Assembly: GCF_000025945.1 (NCBI RefSeq)
Contig: NC_006138.1
Span: 480,001 to 512,000, forward strand
Origin: Desulfotalea psychrophila LSv54
Lineage (GTDB): Bacteria > Desulfobacterota > Desulfobulbia > Desulfobulbales > Desulfocapsaceae
Reading direction: 5' to 3'
Length of the DNA: 32,000 nucleotides
Part shown: positions 26,093 through 32,000 of the stretch, piece after piece
How positions within the stretch are numbered: the first letter of the stretch is position 1
How the letters are laid out: every line of letters starts with the position of its first letter
Notes under the pieces: generated by a model
What the model saw: only the letters and a program-made list of their open reading frames with translations
What the model was told of the DNA's origin: nothing
Databases searched by the model: none
Program-made: the position numbers and the translations under genes

Positions 26093-27468
26093 TGCCTCCT
26101 CTGTAATGTATGATCGGTATGGAGCAGCTCATGGGCCTGATGGCCAAGGGGCTCACCTAAAAACTTCTCGTACAGTTTCTTTATCTCTGGATTTTCATGG
26201 GACTTACGAACAGGAAGGGCTTTATCATGGGAATATAATCCTGCTCTTCGTCCTGCATGCGCCTCTAGCACCTGGCTAGGCAGAAGAGTTTTCGGTTGCC
26301 CTCCACCGCTTACACAACCCATGGGACAACACATCACCTCCATAAACTGGAAGTCCGCCTCACCAGCTCGTACCTGCTCTAACAGGGGCGCAATATCGGC
26401 AAGCCCCGCAGCTATGGCAACTCGGAGTTCCACCCCCTCGTGCTGAACAGTGGCAAAGCGTACCCCCTCTCCACCCCGGACATAGTCCAACTCAACACTC
26501 GGCAGTGGTTTTCCCGTAAGTACCTCACAGGCACTGCGAAGGGCCGCCTCCATTACCCCACCCGTGGTGCCGAAAATATTACCGGCTCCGGAATAACAGC
26601 CCAAAGGATTATCAAACTCCGCATCTGCCAGGGCGAGAAAATCAATCCCCACATGCTTGAGTAGCTGAGCAAGTTCCCGAGTGGTAATAACAAGATCAAC
26701 ATCGCGATAACCGCTGGCAGCCATCTCCGGCCGCTCACACTCAAACTTCTTGCAGGTACAGGGCATAACGGCAAGACTGAATATCTTTTCAGGGGCAATA
26801 CCAGCCTCTTGGGCCCCATAGGTTTTAAAGAGGGTGCCCGCCATCTGTTGCGGCGATTTACAGCTGGAGAGATGCTCAAGCAGATCGGGATATTGGTCTT
26901 CGACAAACTTCACCCAACCGGGACAACAGGAGGTAAACATGGGAAGCTTACCCTGCCCTCCTATCCGGGCAATAAGTTCAGCACCCTCCTCCATGATGGT
27001 GAGGTCAGCAGCAAAGTTGGTATCATATACCTTGGTAAAGCCCAGGGCATGAAGAGCAGCAGCCAGTTTCCCGGGAGTAAGAGAGCCATAGGGCATGCCA
27101 AACTCTTCACCAAGTGCAACCCGGACTGCGGGAGCACATTGAACAAAGGTAGAGACTTCATCGTCAGCAAGTGCTGCCAGAAGGGGAAATATATCACCCC
27201 GATAGTGAGCGGCAAAGAGAGGTTCGACAACCGTGGCCAGCATACCGCGATTTTGCAAACGCTTACCACGACCAGTGGCATAGCTCATAAGATCCGAATC
27301 GTAACCACTGCATATCTGCACACACTGACCACAGAATATGCAGGCATCTGTGTCTATCTGATGAGCTCTATTAAGTCTGCCGGAGATAGCCCCGACAGGG
27401 CAAACCTCCTTACATCTGCCACAGCCTGTACAGAGTTCCTGATCGATGGAAATAATAGCTTTTGTCAT
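26089..27468 (-). CDS. hydA: [FeFe]-hydrogenase catalytic subunit with two N-terminal ferredoxin-type clusters plus the H-cluster domain
   Basis: H-cluster signatures TSCCPGWVKF, MPCTCKKFE and EVMCCPMGCVSGGGQP. N-terminal CTGCGRCKEVCP and CIFCGQCVQIC. 459 aa from ATG 27468 (RBS GAGGG). Confidence 0.9.
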   Translation of the reverse strand: MTKAIISIDQELCTGCGRCKEVCPVGAISGRLNRAHQIDTDACIFCGQCVQICSGYDSDLMSYATGRGKRLQNRGMLATVVEPLFAAHYRGDIFPLLAALADDEVSTFVQCAPAVRVALGEEFGMPYGSLTPGKLAAALHALGFTKVYDTNFAADLTIMEEGAELIARIGGQGKLPMFTSCCPGWVKFVEDQYPDLLEHLSSCKSPQQMAGTLFKTYGAQEAGIAPEKIFSLAVMPCTCKKFECERPEMAASGYRDVDLVITTRELAQLLKHVGIDFLALADAEFDNPLGCYSGAGNIFGTTGGVMEAALRSACEVLTGKPLPSVELDYVRGGEGVRFATVQHEGVELRVAIAAGLADIAPLLEQVRAGEADFQFMEVMCCPMGCVSGGGQPKTLLPSQVLEAHAGRRAGLYSHDKALPVRKSHENPEIKKLYEKFLGEPLGHQAHELLHTDHTLQRRQ

Positions 27469-27481
27469 TATAATAGCCCTC

Positions 27482-28090
27482 TTAAACTGAGTAATTTCTG
27501 CCAACAGCGGCCAGGCTAAGGGCAGCTGCCTGCATTCGATGCGCTCTATGCTCCCGAGGTACAACCAGCTGCAATGCCTGTTGAGGACAGTTCAGCACAC
27601 AGGCGGGTTGCTCTTCTCCTATACAGAGATCACATTTATTGGCCACCAAACGCTGCTTGTAACGATTATGCAGACCAGAAATACTGCAATCATCCTCACA
27701 AAGGCTAAGGTGTTGCATCACGGCATGACCGTTACGAAAGAGGGGCACCAGTTCCATGGCCCCAAAGGGGCAGGCAAGCATACATGTCTTACAGCCCATA
27801 CATTTTTCCTCATCAACAAATATCACCCCATCTCTTTGGCTGATGGCCTCGACCTGGCATACATTTGCACAGGGAGCATCCTCACAATGACGACACTGAA
27901 CGGGAACATAGGCCTCATGATAGCGAACAAGATGAAGCCGTGGCTGAATGGGACTCATCATACTCCCCACGGTCAGTGGACGATTTCCCTGGGAATGCAC
28001 CTGAGAACAGGCTATTTCACAAATTCGGCAGCCGATACACCTAGTGGAATCTGCGACGACGAAGCTGTTTAAGCTCTGCTTTTTCTTCAT
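27482..28090 (-). CDS. HycB/HydN-like polyferredoxin with four [4Fe-4S] motifs
   Basis: CIGCRICEIAC, CRHCEDAPCANVC, CMGCKTCMLACP and CDLCIGEEQPACVLNCP. 4-nt overlap with the fdh stop. Confidence 0.85.
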   Translation of the reverse strand: MKKKQSLNSFVVADSTRCIGCRICEIACSQVHSQGNRPLTVGSMMSPIQPRLHLVRYHEAYVPVQCRHCEDAPCANVCQVEAISQRDGVIFVDEEKCMGCKTCMLACPFGAMELVPLFRNGHAVMQHLSLCEDDCSISGLHNRYKQRLVANKCDLCIGEEQPACVLNCPQQALQLVVPREHRAHRMQAAALSLAAVGRNYSV

Positions 28091-30171
28091 ACCATCTGCC
28101 TCTTTCTTCTATTATGGGGGGATACAGCCTTCCTCTCTACCTTTTGTACAGAGACAGCGCATATTTTCAGTTCCGGTGTCTGAGTTATAGGATCGGCGGC
28201 GCTATTGGTCAGCATATTTCCCGAACTTTCCGTATAGTGAAATGTCATAAAAACAAGACCCTGAATTACCCGAGTCGTTACCTGGGCCCTGGCCTCTACT
28301 GCTCCACGCCGCGAGGCCACCCGAACCAGATCACCATCAATAATGCCCAGACAGAGAGCATCATGGGGATGGATCTCAACCAACTCATGGGGTGCTACCC
28401 CATTCAGCCCCCAACAACGACGAGTCATGGTTCCGGTATGGTAATGAGCAACAACACGGCCGGTTGTCAGTTTCAGGGGATAATCTGTGTCTGGTACCTC
28501 GGCGGGTTGCCTATGTTGGGCAGGCTCAAAACGGGCCAGGCCACGAATAGCCCCACCCACATGTAAGACCGGTGTACCGGGATGATTTTCATGGGGACAG
28601 GGCCACTGCAGAGATTCATTCTCCAACCGTTCATAGGTAATACCGGCATAGGTAGGGGTAAGAGATCGCATCTCGGCAAAGATCTCCCGAGGATGGGTAT
28701 AGGACGAGGGATACCCCAGAGCCACCATCAACTCGCTGATGATTTGCCAATCTGGCCTGCTCTCACCAATGGGATCAACCGCCCGACGAACGCGCTGTAC
28801 CCTACGCTCTGTACTGCTGAAGGTGCCATCTTTTTCAGCAAATGTGGTTCCGGGAAAGACCACATCGGCAAGCGCTGCTGTTTCCGTGAGAAAAATATCC
28901 TGCACCACGAGAAACTCCACCTGTTCCAGACAGTGCTTAACGTGGTTAATATCAGGGTCACTGCGCAGAGGGTTTTCGCCAAAGACATAGAGAGCCTTCA
29001 CCTCATCTCGTTCTATCCCGCTTAGAACAGAGGGAATAGTAATCCCTGGACGCGCCGAGAGCTCGACCCCCCAGGCCCTAGAAAATTTCTCCACAATCTC
29101 TGGTCGGCTCACCTTCTGATAGCCAGGAAATACATCGGGTAGGGCCCCCATATCGCAAGCCCCCTGGACATTATTTTGTCCACGCAGGGGGTTTACCCCT
29201 GTTTTAGCACGACCAATATTACCAGTAAGAATGGCAACATTAGAGACAGCCATCACGTTATCCACTCCGGAGGTGTGCTGGGTTATCCCCATGGTATAAT
29301 AGGTAGCCACATTGGCGGATTCGCCAAGAATACGAGCCGCCTTCTCCATATCAGCCAATGCCACAGCTGTTATGCTCTCAGCCTCGGCAAGGGATATTTT
29401 TTCCACAAATGACCTATAGGCAGAAAAATTTTCCGTGTGAGCATCAATATAGACCCTGTCTTCCAAGCCATCACGCAGAATAAGATGGCCCAGAGCATTG
29501 AGAAGGGCAACATCACTGCCGGGCTGAAGACGAAGCCATACCTCTGCGTGTTGGGTAAGGGTGGTCGCCCGAGGGTCAGCCACAATAAGCCGGGCACCAC
29601 GTTTGACGGCCCGAAGCATACCAAGACCAATAATAGGATGACACTCCGTCGTGTTGGTGCCGATGGCAAAAATCGTATCACCTGCCCCCATGGTATCAAG
29701 CTCTGCAATGGAGTTGGTCATCGCCCCGCTTCCAAGTGTTGTGGTCAGACCGGCCACGGTGGGAGCATGTCAGAGACGGGCGCAATGATCAACGGAGTTG
29801 GTGCCAAGTGCTGCCCGCATCATCTTTTGAAAGAGGTAATTTTCTTCGTTGGTACAGCGGGCAGAACTAAATCCAGCAATGGCCTGAGCCCCATGCTCTT
29901 CTGAAATTTGGAGAAGACGTTGAGCCGTATAGCTATATGCCTCCTGCCAACTGACGGGGGTGAGAACACCTTTTTTTCTGATCAGTGGTTTGGTTAGGCG
30001 ATCTTTGCTGTGCACAAAATCCGTACCAAAATGTCCTTTGGAACAGAGAGAGCCATTATTTACCGCCCTCACTCTGTTTGGGCTAACCCCGGTAATAGTA
30101 TTATTCTCTACTTCTAAAAAAAATGTGCACCCTGAGCCACAGTAAGGACAGGTTGTCAGTGTTTTTTGCAT
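28087..30171 (-). CDS. fdhF: selenocysteine-containing formate dehydrogenase catalytic subunit, FdhF/FdhH-like and cytoplasmic (UGA at 29770-29772 read as Sec)
   Basis: Two track ORFs (29770..30216 and 28087..29757) are in the same frame and separated only by TGA. The joined sequence reads [30 protein letters not shown], which is the FdhH Sec motif. N-terminal 4Fe-4S motif CPYCGSGCTF...C. No Tat signal. 694 aa from ATG 30171. Confidence 0.9.
29733..29772 (-). promoter_or_regulatory. UGA(Sec) codon plus candidate bacterial SECIS hairpin
   Basis: mRNA reads UGA CAU GCU CCC ACC GUG GCC GGU CUG ACC ACA. GUGGC/GACCAC can pair with a bulged A and an apical CGGUCU loop. The GGUCUG resembles the apical part of the E. 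coli fdhF SECIS. Confidence 0.5.
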
Positions 30172-30208
30172 CTCGATTGGCCAGTGGTATATATGAGTAT
30201 ATCTAAAA

Positions 30209-30229
30209 CTGTGCACAAAACATGCACAG
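30209..30229. promoter_or_regulatory. perfect 7-bp inverted repeat at the predicted 5' end of the fdh-hyd transcript (operator or 5' stem-loop)
   Basis: CTGTGCA-caaaaca-TGCACAG. It lies between the -12 element and the fdh start codon. Confidence 0.35.
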
Positions 30230-30242
30230 ACACATAAAAGTT

Positions 30243-30258
30243 AGCATATTGCGTGCCA
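30243..30258 (-). promoter_or_regulatory. sigma-54 (-24/-12) promoter of the fdh-hycB-hydA operon
   Basis: Minus strand reads TGGCACGCAATATGCT against the consensus TGGCACG-N4-TTGCW, with exact spacing and one mismatch. The predicted start near 30232 is about 60 nt upstream of ATG 30171. Confidence 0.65.
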
Positions 30259-30342
30259 CAACGAAAAACAAAATAAATGATTGTTTTTACGAATATTTAC
30301 AACCAAGACAAACCTTAGCCCGGCGACGACTGCAGACTTACC

Positions 30343-30421
30343 TGCATCGCCACTTGCCAATTGCAGGCAATAAATCAGATGAAGCAGAAAAGGAATTGAA
30401 GGCAAAGAATGCATCGCCACT
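30343..30421. promoter_or_regulatory. candidate enhancer region: 12-bp direct repeat plus a small palindrome
   Basis: TGCATCGCCACT occurs at 30343-30354 and 30410-30421, 67 bp apart. TTGCC-aattgca-GGCAA lies at 30354-30370. These sites are 85-165 bp upstream of the -24 element. Confidence 0.3.
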
Positions 30422-30498
30422 CTTTAAATCAAACTTGCTTAATAGGTGTATCAAAGTTATACATGAAGCAACTATTCACACTATTCCCTAAATGAGCT

Positions 30499-32000
30499 AT
30501 GGCAAATATAATACCCATTGGTAGCATCCCGACAAAAGAGCAGATGCAAAGAGTTATCAGAGCATCGCATAAACGCTCAAGACAATATGGTGTTAATCAA
30601 GAAACCCGTAATCTTGAGCAAAAAAGACTCTCTCCGGCAGAACTTGAAAAGAAGCAGGATGAAAACAAGGAACTGTTAGGTGCTATTGCCGCTACCATTA
30701 ATGAATTTTATGACCTGATGTCTCCCGAGGAATTTCTGGTGGGTTTTGCCGATAGTGAGGGCTATATCCTCCATCTAGCTGGAGGAGACAGGGCAAGAGA
30801 AACGTCAGCTGACCGTCAATTCTCCCTGGGCTACCGTTGGACGGAAAAAGATGTAGGCACCACGGCAACCAGCCTCTGCCTTCGGCTTAAAGTCTCTATT
30901 CAGCTCAAGGGCAGGGATCATTACTGTAAACAGGCTCAGGGCCTCCTCAGCTCCGCAGCACCAATTTTCGGCCACCAGGGCGTTCTTCTGGGATCACTCT
31001 GCATTTTTGGCGACAAGAGCCTTATTCATCCCCACACGCTTATTATGATAACCTCGTCAGCACGCTCTATTGAGCGGCATATGAGGTTAATGCGCTGGAA
31101 TACAGAGCTGATAAGCAATGCGGGTTTTCTCGATAATGTCATAGAAGCTGCCGGAACGGGCCTACTGATAATTGACACAGACTTAATCGTTCAGAAGATC
31201 AACTATCAGGCTAAGAAAATCCTTAATGTCGATGATCTTAAGGGAAAGTCAATTTCATCCCTAAGTGGCCTCCAGCTCGATCTGGACAGCATCTTTGAAA
31301 ACCCCAGTGTATGGAAAAACAGAGAGTGCCACATCCAACATAATAAAAAAGATATTCACCTTGTCTACTCTGCCCAACCAGTACTGTCAAAGAACGACAA
31401 ACCCCTCGGGGCAGTCCTTAACATCACTAAATTTAGTAATATCAGAAAATTAATTGATAAGATCTCCGGCATTAAACCCTATTTTACCTTTGATTCCCTA
31501 ATAGGATCATCACCGGCCTTTACCAAGGCTGTTGATTTGGCAAAGCGTGCCTCTCACTCAGAGGCTACTGTACTTCTTCTGGGAGAGACAGGCACAGGCA
31601 AGGAACTATTTGCTCAGGCGATCCATAACGGCGCCAAGGGAGCGGACAAACCATTTGTGCCAATTAACTGCGGGGCTATACCCGGAGAGCTGCTTGAGAG
31701 CGAACTCTTTGGCTATGCCGAGGGTGCTTTTACCGGGGCTAAAAGAGGGGGGCGATCTGGAAAATTTATTTTGGCAAACGACGGAACCATGCTCCTCGAT
31801 GAGATTGGAGACATGCCACATGATATGCAGGTCAAGCTATTGCGCGTCCTGCAATCAAAGGTAGTCCAGCCAGTGGGGGCACGCAAGCCACTGCAAACCA
31901 ATGCAAGAATAATCGCCTCAACCCATGTTGACCTGGCAGAGGCTATGCTCCACAACCGATTCAGACGGGATCTCTACTATCGTTTGAATATACTGCAGAT
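30499..32000 (+). CDS. sigma-54-dependent activator, AcoR/FhlA-like (N-terminal GAF-like domain + PAS + AAA+), 3' end outside the window
   Basis: Not in the ORF track because there is no stop before the window end. My translation of this frame is open from 30499 to 32000: MANIIPIG...VIRASHKRSRQYGV...LLGETGTGKELFAQAIH...ELFGYAEGAFTGA...RRDLYYRLNILQ. ATG 30544 is an alternative start. Confidence 0.85.
   Translation, partial: MANIIPIGSIPTKEQMQRVIRASHKRSRQYGVNQETRNLEQKRLSPAELEKKQDENKELLGAIAATINEFYDLMSPEEFLVGFADSEGYILHLAGGDRARETSADRQFSLGYRWTEKDVGTTATSLCLRLKVSIQLKGRDHYCKQAQGLLSSAAPIFGHQGVLLGSLCIFGDKSLIHPHTLIMITSSARSIERHMRLMRWNTELISNAGFLDNVIEAAGTGLLIIDTDLIVQKINYQAKKILNVDDLKGKSISSLSGLQLDLDSIFENPSVWKNRECHIQHNKKDIHLVYSAQPVLSKNDKPLGAVLNITKFSNIRKLIDKISGIKPYFTFDSLIGSSPAFTKAVDLAKRASHSEATVLLLGETGTGKELFAQAIHNGAKGADKPFVPINCGAIPGELLESELFGYAEGAFTGAKRGGRSGKFILANDGTMLLDEIGDMPHDMQVKLLRVLQSKVVQPVGARKPLQTNARIIASTHVDLAEAMLHNRFRRDLYYRLNILQ

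Noticed and set aside
26809-27519. Long antisense ORFs opposite real genes: 26809..27519, 27539..28072, 23361..23939, 10403..11089, 11577..12239, 7581..8039 and 14560..15048
   Set aside because: Each lies fully inside a strongly supported gene on the other strand. Their composition is low-complexity or biased (Arg/Ser/Gly/His-rich), and they have no recognisable motifs. This is typical of spurious shadow ORFs.
28087-30216. Reading the two ORFs 29770..30216 and 28087..29757 as separate genes or as a disrupted fdh pseudogene
   Set aside because: They share one frame and are separated by a single TGA located exactly at the conserved Sec/Cys active-site position ([12 protein letters not shown]). 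A SECIS-like hairpin follows. I therefore call one selenoprotein gene.
30222-30491. 89-aa ORF 30222..30491 (+) in the fdh/activator intergenic region, and ORFs 31265..31453, 31532..31864, 31606..31821 and 31713..31955
   Set aside because: The first covers the sigma-54 promoter and enhancer region and has no coding features. The others are off-frame or antisense to the long open frame 30499..32000, which encodes clear AAA+ sigma-54 activator motifs.

Overview
Chromosomal window of about 48% GC. Gene content suggests an anaerobe of the sulfate-reducer/Desulfobulbales type; that taxonomic guess is inference only. Left to right: the 3' end of an alpha/beta hydrolase gene; an M20 amidohydrolase; modABC; a COG2509 FAD protein; a divergent RsuA-like pseudouridine synthase; a yhdT/panF-like symporter pair; a Cache-GGDEF cyclase; a second ModABC-like Mo/W transporter joined to a DUF364-like gene; an MCP with a sigma-54 promoter; a sensorless hybrid histidine kinase with an NtrC-type regulator; and a small ORF followed by a DUF4126 membrane protein. 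The main feature is a minus-strand operon at 21129-30171. It encodes a selenocysteine (in-frame UGA) formate dehydrogenase, a HycB-like polyferredoxin, an [FeFe]-hydrogenase, a second HycB-like polyferredoxin, an embedded PAS sigma-54 activator, hydG, hydE and a hydF cut down to its GTPase domain. An excellent -24/-12 promoter precedes the operon. A GAF/PAS sigma-54 activator is transcribed divergently from it, runs off the window end and is missing from the ORF track. The subunit set matches a soluble HDCR-type formate/H2 (CO2 reductase) module. Immediately downstream of the truncated hydF lies an array of 42-bp tandem hairpin repeats. No rRNA, tRNA, CRISPR, transposase or integrase was recognised.
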